A DNA stretch of 62,738 nt, the filler included, from Folioceros fuciformis (Eukaryota): NCBI GenBank assembly GCA_049999805.1. It is 3 parts of one record of this genome, joined end to end, with 100 filler letters (N's around TTAATTAATTAA, not from the genome) between each part and the next. Parts side by side here need not be neighbours in the genome. Positions count along the whole stretch, not along the records: positions 19,226 to 43,888 come from JBNGIO010006268.1; 2 more parts are not named here. One strand, written 5' to 3'. The notes under the pieces are model-generated. The model saw only the letters and a program-made list of their open reading frames with translations, did no database searches and was not told the origin of the DNA. Shown here piece by piece: positions 26,316-39,060 of the stretch; positions within the stretch are counted from its first letter, which is position 1, and each line of letters begins with the position of its first letter. Made by a program: the position numbers and the translations under genes.

Positions 26316-26792
26316 CTAGGGCATGGGAATTGTTGGGCAAAACGTGGGCTCGTCAGCTGAGTATCTCAAATAACAATCATAGACTAAAATCTGAGCACTT
26401 CTTCTCGCAGGGCAAAGCTCCATGAGCAGTCTATTTTGTACATGAGCGAGGCAAGCAAAGCAATCATCTAGTGATTTCATGGTTTCTCTGGGTGCATAAC
26501 ACACCAGACTTGCAAACAATCGGTAGGCTGGGAAATTTGCAACATTCATCGCCATGACTCGGTAGTATGGACTACTTTGAGCAGGGTTGAATTTGTGTGC
26601 TCCTATTTGAATGAACCGATTCAAGGCAGCTAGAACAAAAAACCGCAAAGGATCTCCTATCACAATGCCCTCACCACACTCGTAGTGTAGCAATGTAGTG
26701 TTGGGATTACTCGCATCAACCTCTAATGTAAAATTATGCGATAATGAAAGTAACATTATGGTACATATATGAATAATAAATTGAACCCTCAT
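26316..26792 (-). CDS. Secreted single-domain DUF26/Gnk2 (stress-antifungal) protein
   Basis: Signal peptide, NPNTTLLHYEC, LVC...DCFAC, LCP...AQILVYDCYLRYS; intronless, AT-rich. Confidence 0.85.
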   Translation of the reverse strand: MRVQFIIHICTIMLLSLSHNFTLEVDASNPNTTLLHYECGEGIVIGDPLRFFVLAALNRFIQIGAHKFNPAQSSPYYRVMAMNVANFPAYRLFASLVCYAPRETMKSLDDCFACLAHVQNRLLMELCPARRSAQILVYDCYLRYSADEPTFCPTIPMP

Positions 26793-27663
26793 TGTGAATT
26801 AAGAATCATGTCACTGATAATTAAATGAGCATAAATTCTGGTCTTTTAATGTTTATGACATCGCACGCTTTTAAAATTGAAACAGTAGGTTCTAGGTTTT
26901 GTGAGAAGAAGTATATTGTACTATGAGTTTTGTCTTTTTATACTGTTTTGATTATTAACATCATATGCTACATTTTATTATTCACACATCAATGTGACAT
27001 CATATTATTCCTTGAGTAAGCCAGTAAACAAATAGTTGGGCTTACAACTAATGTCTGAGAATCTATGCAAATAACATAACATATATATTTGTGAGCAGTT
27101 TACTTAATTTTTTAAAATATGGTCTCTTAAATTAGAATATAATATAATAAATAATAATGTGGAGAGAAATGGATGATAGATGGGAACCATGGGATGGTGA
27201 TGATATGGGGCTTGTTTTGATGGATATAAATTCAGGGGCTTTCCGTCGTGGGTAGTGGTGATGTGTATCAAGTTCCAACCAGGGAGATGTACCGTTCCGT
27301 TGGAACACGAGAAACGTCGCGAGGATGATTCCCGTGGCCGGGTCGTAACTCCCAACTGCATGCGTTCATTGCGGAGGGAACGGGCTCGGCATTCCTTCTT
27401 TTCCTGTTGCTTGCCATCGCCATCGACGTCGCCATCGCCATCGCCATCGCCACGAGCCTGCGAGCTTCTTACGGCTCCCTCTTTCTGGAGCCGTGGAGCC
27501 GTGGCAGCGGCGGCCTGCGCAGGTCGCTAGGCGAGGGGATTTGCAAAACAGTTGAAGCCAAGCGAAGGAGAGGAAGGGGAGGGGAATCGAGGTCGCAAGG
27601 CCGTTGGCAAGAGGAAGGAGAAGGAGGAGAAGCAGAGGCAGCTGTGCGCGCGACAGAGATGCG

Positions 27664-30600
27664 ATGCACCCCCGTCACGGCACGCTTCCCCGCGACTGCA
27701 TTCCCAACCTCGCTCTACACTTGAAACATGTGCTGTACCGTGCCCGTTCCTTTTCATGATGCTGTCCGGCATTGGAATTGTTGTTCGATGTGCATGCAAA
27801 GGACATGCGCGGCTGACGGGCTGGCCCCGGTGCGTGTCTTGTGACCGCCACAGAAGCACGGGCAGCACAAGAATGCTGATCACCTGGTTCTGGTGGAGGA
27901 TGGGCGAGTGGTTTCCTTCCTGTCTCTGCCGCCGGGCGAAGCAGGGCAGGAGAGGCTGTGCTTCACGGATCACCACAGCGGGAGCAGCTGGGACCTGCTG
28001 TCGGAGAGGTGCTGGAAGGAGGCGAGGCATGTACACGCGCATGTCCACCGCGGGGAGATCACTGAGGATGTGCTTCTGGAACAGGCAAGCAGGGCTAGAC
28101 TGGGAGGAAGGAAAGACGGGTTTTAGTTGCAATGGGTTTTTCTAGATGTGCATTGCTTGGTGTCAGGTGAAGTGTTGTTGTTGTTCATCTTTGTTGCAAG
28201 ATGTGGATTTTGTGAGATGAGACGAGGGAGGAAATCAGGGTTTGTTTCTGTGTGTGTCTGTGCGTGTGAATGTGCGCTAGCAGTGCATGGAGGAATCTTG
28301 CTGCACTCTCCCTATGCCCTGGCCCGATGTGTCTGGCTTCTCCACTTTGGACCCCTACCACGATGAGGCACATGAGCACCGTGACGGGTGCGGTCACAAC
28401 CAGGTTGCGCACGGCGATCACAATGACTGGATGATTCCTCTTGCAGACGGCTCCTTTCTCCTGTCGCATGCACACACCACAGCTGATGGCAGTTGTCAGT
28501 TCTTTGAGCACGGCCGGCTCGTCAAGGTTGCAGGGAGACCCAAGAAGCTGGAGGGCTTCTTCAGCTTCCAGAGTCCTGGCAAGAAGGATGCCTTTGCATA
28601 TACTCCCATCCCACACACAGACTCCCTGACCCACGGTCACAGCGTGGAGGCAGGAATCAGTGTGAAGATACACTTCTCTGGTGCAATGGTGCATTCTGGG
28701 GCGGCTGGGAATCCGGCTGTGCCCGGGGAAGGTGTGGAATTGACGGTCACTCTGCCTGCGGATGTAGGCACCATCCTGGACAAGACCATTCTGGATGTCA
28801 TGGGGATTTGCTGCCCTGCCGAGGTTCCCCTCATTAAGAAGATTCTGGAGCCCTTGCCCGGAGTTGCAGACGTGTCTGTTAACGTCACCTCCAGAACGGT
28901 GACGGTGCTTTACAATCCATTGCTTGCTTCTGAAGGACTACTAGGTAGACATCTGGAGTCGGAACGTACCTTAGTCTAGCTGTTTTATAATAGATTCCAA
29001 CAGCACGTTGGGCTCGGCTCTGCAGCTCAGCAACTGTAGCTCACGTTTCTTGTCGGGTGGACACTGTCAGTGGGAGCTCTGAACGAGGCAAGGCTGGACG
29101 CGAGTGTTCACAGGCGTGGGGAGTTGAAGTCTGGCCGGAAGTGGCCCAGTCCATGGACAATTGCTTCTGGTTTCCTCCTGGCGGTTGCATTTTTCCAGTA
29201 CATTTACAGTCCACTGAGATGGGTGGCGCTGGGCTCCGTAGCCGTGGGTATTCCACCCATAATGTTGCGAAGCATGGTTGCATTGAGACGATTCATCATG
29301 GACATCAACGTTTTGATGATACTCGCTGGTGAGTATTGCTCTCCATCACTCCCTAAAGACTTCGTGACCACCAGCTTGCAGCTTCTAACTGGTGCTAGAC
29401 AACGGATTAGACAACGCATTCATGTGCAGTAGTTGCTCTGTCAGGAGGATTGACGTGTGGAATTCCTCACATGCTCTTCTCCTGGTTGCAGTGGGGGGTG
29501 CTGTGGCACTAGGGGATTACCTTGAGGCCGGATCGATCACCTTTCTCTTCACTTTGGCTGATTGGCTCGAGTCCCGTTCCAGCGACAGAGTAAGCGTTCT
29601 AATAATCAGTTTGTTTGACGCTTTGATCCTCGACTCAGTCCTGCTGGTTGTTATTTCTGGTTTGCCTGACCATCTGGTGCTCCAGGCTCGTGCAGCAATG
29701 GCTTCTGTTCTCGGACTCACACCTCAGCATGCGGTTCTGCTGGACACTGGACTGAAAGTCCGTGTGGAAGATGTGAAGGTGGGCACTCCGCTTGTTGTCA
29801 GAGCGGGGGAAATGATTCCCATAGACGGTGTAGTCACGTCAGGGAAAAGCACTGTTGATGAGAGCGCCCTGACAGGCGAATCCATACCCGTGGAGAAGGA
29901 GACGGATTCGACTGTCTGGGCCGGGACCATGAATCTGTCAGGTAGATGCTCAATTACCTTACCACGTGTCATCCGCAGTGGGTTTGGTGGCCGAACAGTC
30001 AGATTGAGACACACTTACATATGTACTTGCAGCTAGCAAATGAGACTTGGCTACTATGTTATGGTGATAGGATATGTCAGTATGAAGACCACAGCATTGT
30101 CCGAGAACTCAGCAGTAGCCAGGATGGTCAGACTTGTTGAAGAATCGCAGACAGCACGTTCTCGGACTGAACAAATGGTGGAGAAGTTTGCCAAGTATTA
30201 CACACCCAGTATGTATCCATTCGATCATTTGAGCAGCATTTTCTCGTCCCAGTTGAGGCCCTTCGATTGCTCTGATTGTTTTCATGTGTGTTTGCAGTGG
30301 TGGTGGTGGCTGCTCTGCTGATTGCAATCGTCCCAGCAGCTGTTGGCGTGCATGGCGTCAGGCACTGGCTCTATCTGGCCCTGGTTCTGCTTGTGGTGGC
30401 CTGCCCATGTGCCTTGGTCATCTCAACTCCTGTAGCCACCACATGTGGCATCACCCAGGCGGCAAGGTCGGGGGTGCTGATCAAAGGTGGAAGCCATCTC
30501 GAATCTCTTGGGAACATGAAAGTCCTTGCGGTCGACAAGACTGGGACGTTAACCGAAGGCCATTTTCGCGTGCTGGATGTCAAGTCTGTTGATAGCCAAG

Positions 30601-32663
30601 TAGATGTCCTAAAGGTCCTGTACTGGTGAGTGAAGAAAGCACTTGCCTTAGGCTGATGTTTGATTGCCCAGAATCAACAGGCAGTTTGTAATGTGGGTGG
30701 AGTTGCATGCAGGATTGCTTGTGTTGAGAGCAAGGCAAGCCATCCTATGGCTGCTGCGATGGTATCTTACGCGAGGGCTCATGGTGTGGAGCCGTCCAAA
30801 GACGTGGCTGATTTCCAGATTTTGCCGGGAGAAGGAGTCTCTGCTTCGGTGGAAGGACAGCTCGTACGCATTGGCAATGTTCGCTTAGCTTCTCGCCTTG
30901 GATGGGCCAAAGGTAGCAATTGTTGGAAGTCTTGCACTTCCAGGGTCGAGCACCATGGTTGTCGTTCCTGCGGTGCACTACCTTGCAAGTCAGATCCACA
31001 AGACACAGACAGTGGTGATACTTCATTGTGACCTGATTGATAGATCCAGTCGCAGCTCCGATAGTAGAAGAGTGGAAGACAAAAGAGGCAACAGCCGGTT
31101 GGGTAGGGGTCAACGACAAGGTTGTTGCAATTTTCAGTGTGGGAGATAAAGTCCGGCCCGATGCAGCCGAAGCCCTTTCTGACCTGAAGGTTGGTAATAG
31201 TTTCACTCGGCCTGACATCGATAGGACGCAAAGCTGCATTCATCGCTGACCGGTCTGGTATACTTTCTACAGAGAGCTGGAATTCACGTTGTGATGCTGA
31301 CTGGTGACAGCGAACTGGCAGCTGCTGCGGTGCGGAGACAGGTGCATTCTACTGGTCAAAAGACTCTGATTTGTCTCCTGAAGATATTTTCATGTGCTTT
31401 TTCTCCTGACCAGCTGATCGTAAGACTGTGGGTAACGTGGCATGGCATCTTCAGATAGGCGACATCGAAGTATACTCTCAACTGCTACCAGAGGACAAGG
31501 TCAGGTTGGTAGAGCAGAAGAGGAGCAAGGGTGTAATAGGGATGATAGGGGATGGCTTCAATGACGCACCAGCTTTAGCTGCAGCAGATGTGGGAATAGC
31601 AATGGGTGTTGCTGGCTCCGCTGTTGCCATGGAGACAGCAGATGTTGCTCTCATGTCAAATGATCTGAGGAAAATAGCAGGGGCGGTGCACCTGGGTCAA
31701 GCCTGCCTGAGGAAAGTGCAGCAAAACATCTTCCTCTCGCTCATCACAAAGGTTGCAATCGTTGTGCTGGCTGCTGTGGGGTATGCCTCTCTGTGGGTTG
31801 CTGTACTGGCAGACGTTGGTACCTGCCTGGTTGTTACCTTCAACAGCATGCTCTTGTTAAAGAGGAAGAAACAGGATCACCTCCACTCTCATGAGCCCCA
31901 TGAACACTGTCATGGTAGCCACGGTCACGAGCACCAAAATGGACTATGGGGATGTTTCAGACACAAGCACGGCCACAAACACGGGAGGAAGCACGATCAT
32001 GAATTGAAGGTGGATTCCCAGCCATGTGCTCTTGGCCACAAGCACGGGAAACAGGACTGCGAGACAGAGCACCATGAGTCAACCTGTTGCCCCTCGCTGG
32101 TAAGCATGGAAAGCAGAGCACAGGATCACGGTGGGCCGCCTTGTCCTGCTCCACAATGCTGCGTCCATGACATGGAGTTAGGTCACGAGCATGCAGTCCA
32201 GAAATGCTGCGACAGCTCGCTGTTTACAAGCGTTGTGAGAAGGAGGTTGGGTTCCAACGACGGTTGCGAATGTCAGACAGGCTGCAAGAATCTGATGGGC
32301 TCGTCGTCCTGCTTGGGATGTGGAGCCCTCGATCCGGTGAAGGTGGACTCCGGCTGCGAGACTGCCAAGGTATGCTGCGAGCACCAGGAACATGTGAATG
32401 TGGAGAAGGGCCTGGGGGCAGTATCCATCCATTCACACAACCACTTGAAATTGTCACACCATTCACACCATGATCCGAAGCCGGCGGTCTGCTGCAGCAA
32501 GTGGAAACCCCACAGACCCGGGAAAGAACATGAAGAAATTTGTTCTCCGGATGATTCCCACCCCAGTTGCGGAACAGGTGGTGCCACCTCCGCAACTTAC
32601 CAGAAGAAGGTGAACAGGCCGCCTGTCGAGGTCCCCCATGTTGCGTGCTGCGACCACTCTTGA
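27664..32663 (+). CDS. Heavy-metal P1B-2 ATPase (Zn/Cd, HMA2/3/4-like) with His-rich N- and C-terminal extensions
   Basis: GICCPAE N-terminal metal-binding domain, LTGES, VVACPCALVISTP, DKTGT, SHPMA, MLTGD, GDGFNDAP, His/Cys-pair-rich tail. The core from 28287 is secure; upstream exons 27664-27729 and 27854-28084 are inferred. Confidence 0.93.
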
Positions 32664-32959
32664 TTACCACATACGAGAGAAGAAGGGACAGCCTCAAATT
32701 TTCCAACAGCTCGGAGTAAGTCACTATCACGAGGTAGAACCAGACCCTGTGCTGCTAGCAATTCATGGGAGTTTTTCAGTTGTTCAGAACAGAGTTCGCG
32801 ATCAATAAAGTTGTTCCGGGGATCTTGCAAGAAAAGTGTTCTCCTCTAACCCACCCTTTCTCAAGAGCTTGCTCGCTGCCTGAGCTGCTCCACGGTAATC
32901 TTGCACCATCGAAGCTTTCAGGGGCTAAACTGCTAGAATCTGGCAAGCACGCACTCCTC

Positions 32960-34427
32960 CTACCAAATTTTCCAGCGTCTGAGCGCGTCCAGTAGGCTTG
33001 TAGACTGCGGTGACGAATGCTGTGATCCATCAGGCCTCAAGGCTGAGCTTACCTCTACAGACGTCGGCAGGCTAGCAGCCCGGCGACGTCCGTTCAGGCT
33101 TTCTCGCCTGAAGTTGGAACTGGAAGCTGACGCTTCACTATGTCCTGCAGGTGTTCTTCTGTCCGTTGAGCCCACTGTCAAACCTGTCTCACATTGTAGT
33201 GGATGGACCAGATTGGAAGCTGTTGGCACGAGTTCTTTACTGGGTCCTGCAATTCTTGGCAGCTGTCCGGGGCCGACAGATTTTGCTGCAGCCGGCACCA
33301 GCTGCGACCTGCTTATGGAGGCTCTGGATGCACGAGGGCGAGGAGAGTGCCTCTTCTTCGTCCGGGACCCAGTGAAGAGCCTGAAGAGAGCCTGCAGCTC
33401 AGCCTCCCCGCCCAATGTCACAGTGGACAACCTAGTCTTCTTGTGTGTGTGCCAGATGTAACCTGGATGGTAAAGCTTTTTCAGCTGCACTTGCCTGTAG
33501 CATGCATTTGGAAGTGGTGTCAGTCCTGATGGCCATCTCCTACCCGGAATCTTGTGAACTGAACCAAGGTCTGACAAATTATGGCATCACGCGTGCTCTT
33601 CATGGCAGTCACAACAAATCCAAATTCCGACCACAATCTACCATTCATTTGACAAATTGTGCCTCCTCATCTGAAATTCCTTCTGCATCAGGTCTCCAAC
33701 AAGCTCCGCCCACTTCCCCAGAGTCACCACGGTGACCACCCCGGGAGGACGTCGCACCATCGTTGAGCTCAGGGCAATCAATTGAGCCAGCGTTGATGCC
33801 AGTTTCTCTATCCGCATTCTGTCTGCAGCCTTCATTGACTTAGGAACCGTGTAGTATCCATCTACAGGACCTAGAAGCCATGTGTCGTCAGTAGCATCAT
33901 GTTGAGTTCAGAACATCACATGTTCGTTTCATGCCAACAGTACCCGGCATCAATCCAGTTAAAGTGAAGCTTACCGAACGGCAGTGTATGGACCGACAAC
34001 ACTCCCTCATCAATGAGCTTCCAGCCGTCCCGGATTGCCTGTGTCAAAGCCTCATCCCCAAAAGCAACAGCCTCAGGGCCCACACTCAGCATCATCTCAT
34101 GGACCAAAGTCCCCACCAGAGCCGGACGTCGATCCCCTTCACTGACAAAAGCACAGACCACCCAGGTCAGTTCTACAGCCCACAACCCGGGCCCCACACA
34201 CCCCTTGTCCTCATCGTCGACATGAACTCGACGAATCCAAAGATCTCACGCCCAGCAGAGCCATACTATGAGAAGGAAGCAGCCAAGGATGGTGCCGAAA
34301 CAACGTCAGACGCAGAAGGATACTGCCCGATGACAATCCCTCGCAATGGTAAGGCATTGGGCCATTCGTGCACGTAGGCTGCGGTCTTCTGGACAAATTC
34401 CTCCGTGCGCCGGCTCGACGGCAGCCC
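32960..34427 (-). CDS. Spliced protein with divergent uracil-DNA-glycosylase-like motifs and a low-complexity C-tail (5' end uncertain, next to a gap)
   Basis: Exons 34427-34267, 34141-33975, 33870-33642, 33494-32960 join in frame through three GT-AG introns. Motifs in order: IVIGQYP..LAASFSY, WKLIDEGVLSVH, VVTLGKWA, LYHPGY. Confidence 0.65.
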
Positions 34428-34541
34428 CTGCCACCCGTCACCACTTCCGGGAGTCATGTCATGCATTCAGATAAAACGCCTCCCACTGACTCATGCACTC
34501 ACTCACTCACCCACCCACACCCCACACCCCACAACCCCCAC

Positions 34542-34641
34542 NNNNNNNNNNNNNNNNNNNNNNNNNNNNNNNNNNNNNNNNNNNNNNNNNNNNNNNNNNN
34601 NNNNNNNNNNNNNNNNNNNNNNNNNNNNNNNNNNNNNNNNN
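34542..34641. other. Assembly gap (100 N)
   Basis: Run of N. Confidence 0.99.
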
Positions 34642-36192
34642 CCTCTGTCCAGACATCCCCAAACATTCATTTTGCAGGCTGCAGGATATCATGTGGATCA
34701 CCTCGTATGGTGCCAAGACGACCTCTGCCACGTACTTGTCGCAAACCACTGCAGCCTTGTCCATTTCCATCTTCTTTCTCACTTGGGATGATCCTGCACT
34801 CTGCTTGGTTTCACATCTCACCCAACATCAAGCTCAATACACGCAGCCCAACATTCTACTTCCCCCTCACATGATAGCACACAGCGTTGCCATACTGCCC
34901 TATGTAGTCATCACACGCACTCATTGTCTGCTTGTTGGGTTTCCTTCTCCACCATGATGTGAGACGACAAAAGCTAGTGTATCGATGTCGGATCATGGTT
35001 CCTAGTCACACACATTGCCCACATTACTAAACGACCGGTCAGCACATAAAAATATGACACACTAATCAACCCAACCGGTCCTCCTACTTCCCACTTGGCA
35101 GCCAAGCCAGTGAAGGAACATCGGTCACCGGCGGTTGGCCGTATGATTCCAGCCCACCCGCCTGCCCCACCGACCCTACCTTCCTGCAGCATAGGACCAC
35201 CAGGTTCATTCGACTGTCGAGAGTTCCTGCTTCCGACACGAGGCGGGCTACGGCGAATCACAGCCTAGGTCTGGCGAAGGTTCGACTCGTACGGAGTGCC
35301 CTGCCTCAACGGGAGGAAGGGTATGCAACACGACGTCCGGGATGTCACCAGGCCTCCCCACAACAAGGCTCCGCACACCACCTGGCCTGACTACTTACGC
35401 AAATTCCAGAGGCTCGGAAGGCGGCTCGGCACCAGACCTGGACCCAAGAATAGACGCCACTTCCACCCACGTTTTTTCCACGTCCCCCACACCGCACTCC
35501 GGAATCGTTTATTTTAAGCGCCGAAAGATGTGACACGTTTCCACCGGGGGTTACAGGTCACCAGCGCAGCCAGGGTGACCGGATCCAATGCCCAGCCGTC
35601 ACAGCTCCAGCCGGTGTCCCGGTGGCCGGCAAGTCGGCAGCTCACACACCGGTCTCGGACATGATGACCGGCATGTGCCCATTCATGACTCGCTTACTAC
35701 GTACAGTATGTACATACATACGCCCAGCTACTCATGAGACGTCTCGTCTCGTCTCGTCTCGACACGACTCGACTTGGCACGGATGACACGCAAATTCCAA
35801 CTTACCTTCACCGAATTTCGCAAAATATATATGCGCACTGAAATTCTGAACGGAAATTGCAAGAACCCACGTCCATAAATAGAGGCATATAATGTAACAA
35901 GGACGCTAAAATGTTCTCTCTTATTAGGCACATTTAATATCTTTTCTTTCTCTTAAGTCAGTGTGACGTAGTATCTAATAAGATATATTATTATATTCTG
36001 GTTTGACAACTTCATACTTCAATAATTCATAAAATGACAAAATCAAATCTTCGACGGCAAGATCTCTGGCATACTTTATCTCTTTTAAAGAAATTATTTA
36101 TATTATACATATTTTAAATAATTTAGAGACTATGATTTCAAACCATTGAAATTGAGATCGAGGAGTTTAAACATGGAGTTACCTTGAAGGGA

Positions 36193-36517
36193 AACAATAA
36201 GTGGGGTATGTTACTCAACAACTCCTCATTCAGTTACATGTGTAACCTTGCTGCAGTCTAGGCTATGAATAATAAAAAAAGTTCACCGAAATAAAAGAAA
36301 CAAGTAGAGTATGTAACTTAACAACTCTTTATTCAGTTGCATGTGTAACTCTTACAACAGGGGTAGGCTGTGAATAACCAGATTTTTTTCTACGCCGAAA
36401 TAAAAAACAAGTGGAGTATGTAACTCAACAACTCCTCGTTCAGTTGCATGTGTAACTCTTGTAATCTTGCTGCAGCCAGACTGTGAATAATCAGAAAAAA
36501 AACAAGTGGAGTATGTA
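36193..36517. repeat. Tandem repeat of ~100-110 bp, about 3 diverged copies
   Basis: Recurring AAGTGGAGTATGTAACTCAACAACTCCTC..TCAGTTGCATGTGTAAC...CTGTGAATAA near 36200, 36302 and 36409, partial copy near 36504. Confidence 0.8.
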
Positions 36518-39060
36518 TTGTTCGTAGTCTACACCCAACAAAGTGAAGAGTGAGGTCTTGATTCGTAACTGAAGGATGAAATAAATAAATATTTTATAAA
36601 ATAATGAGATATTAAGAAAAAAAATAGGAGAAAAAACCCAAAGAGCTTTTAGGGTGAAAAGAAGAATTCTCTTAGAGTCCACAACATAGATCTCCATCAT
36701 AGGACTTTGGTTCTTAACAACTTGTACTTTTTCCAAAGGGCGTTCTCCCTTTAGGCATCTAATCTTCATGCATGATGCGGAATCCCAAATTTTTTATAAA
36801 CTTTTATCTATTTAACCTACATCTACAAAAGAGAGATGAGTACATCCTTTATAATGCATAAGTTAAGGGTTTTAATGAGGTGGTTTCAATACGATTATAT
36901 CATTTCAGGTATCATAAGATCATTTTTATCTAGTAAATAAATAAACTCAGATCATATATTTCTTGGCCTGTCTACTTGCATCAGGGAATTACCTGAACTT
37001 AAATTGTTTGAAAAAAAGTTGTAATAGTAAAACACTTGGTACTGGGCTTGGGCAACCGCCGTTACCACGTCCCACGGAATCACAGCCGGGGCAGGTTCCG
37101 TCGTCGTTGCCGTCCCGTTCTGTGGGAAGTTACGTACTTGATGCCTCGGTCGTGGACCTGGCGGAGTAACAGCAGATGGGGTTAACTTAACCGCACACGG
37201 CCGAGCCCGGGACCGTGCCCGGACTCAGTCCCGGACCCGGAAAGCGTGGACCCGCTTTTTCCTCCTTTCGCATTCGGACCCGACTTCTTCTCTGCCCCTT
37301 CTCGTCTCCTGTGTGCCGAGTGTGCCTCGTTGAAAGCGAAGGCGTCGCTAACTTCCATGCAACCCTCCGATTTGACCCATACGGGTTTTCAGATCCCGAG
37401 ATGTTGTTTCCCAAGTTTGAAATTTCAGCCTTTGGAAGAAGCAAGGACTCCCTTGCTGGAAAGCAGAGCCTTTTGTTTCGCTTCGCACATGCTCGAGGAA
37501 AGGAGTGGAGGCTGTGACTCACTTAAGCTCAAATCCCCATATGGGCCCATTGGTTGATCTTCCTTCCGTCTCCCGCAAGCGAGACAGATCCTTGGAGTGG
37601 GACCCGGCCACGGCAATGTAGCTTCAAATTGCAACATCTTTTATATCTCAAATTTGTTACCATCTTGAACGACGTATGCTATGATGGCCCGTCGTCCCTC
37701 CCCTCCCAATGCTGTAGTTGGTGGAGATGGGCTCATCCTAAACTTGTAGTGGTCCTATGTTATTCCATTGTTGCCAACACGTTGCGCTGAGAGAATTTTG
37801 TGGTCCCGTCCGCTGAGGTGGCGACACTTGTCTTTCCCATGGAGGGCTGTTACAAAGTTTATTGAGACGGAGATGGGAGATCCCATCTACCAAAAATGAT
37901 TTCCATGGAAACTTTGTACAATGTTTTGGGTCTTCATGCTTCAAGGGTTTGCGTAAGGATTGATTGGGATTGGGTTGTTTGGGTGGTTGGGAATTCAGTC
38001 ATGGTCTGTGCTCTTTTCCCTCTTGAGAAAGGGAAAATGATGGTGAAAATGAGCGCAGGCAGGCTCCCGGATTATATTTTGTTGAAAACCGTGAGTGAGG
38101 ATGTATGAGAATTCACACCTTCACAATCATGATCCACAATGTGCAGCCAATGACATGGGGCCGAATTGGAGAGGGATTGGTGGAATATTTTGCAGATCCG
38201 GCACGGCAGGGCTGTACCTGTACCGAGCATGCGCCCATGAATGATGTGCTCCTGCGGTAAAACGTCTTCAAATTTCACACGACTCATTATTGGGTGTGGC
38301 ATTGTGAAGCGTGAGCCGCGAGCCGTGAGAGAGCGGAGACCTGTGAGATGGTGAATGACCGGTGACCGGGGATGGCAAAGCCCAAGGCATGGGAGACGAA
38401 CTTGACCCATATTTTAATGGAAACTGGCAGGGAGGAAAAAGTTCAGAACTGGAACAGAAAAGAACAGAACACAGCAGAAGAAACAAGAGGACTGGCAGAG
38501 CACAGAACAGGAGGAGGCAGAGGAAAGCACAGTGGACACTCAGGGAGAGTGGAGAGGGAGAGCAGAGCAATTTCCAGGTCTGCGTCGCACACTCACAGCG
38601 CTAGTGCGATGTGCTTGGGTGTATCTATTTTGATCCCACTGGGACGTGCGTACAGTAGTAGCAAGTGAGGGCTGGCCAGCGGCTGCCATAGCTGGACTTG
38701 TGTGCTGCCACACGTAATTGAGGCCTGCAGGCCGCCGCTGCTGCTGCTGCTCCTCCTCCTGCTCCTGCTCCTCCTCCTGCTCCTGCTCCCTCCTTCCGCT
38801 CAGCCCCGACCTCCATCCCCTGGCTTCGCAATTGCTCTGCTCTGCTCTCCTCTGCTGTGCCCTGCTGGGATTGGATTGCGCTTCTGGAGCTGCCAGGTGA
38901 GTGGTGGGCGGCTTGCCTCGGTGGGCAGGAATTGGGTGGCACGGAATTGCTGCGCCTGCACGGCAGGCCTGCAATGCGGTGGGCGGGAAGCGGGAATATG
39001 CGGGATCCTGGAGACGGCGGCACGGCGCAGCGATAGTGTGAAGGTGTGGAGGAAGACAAG

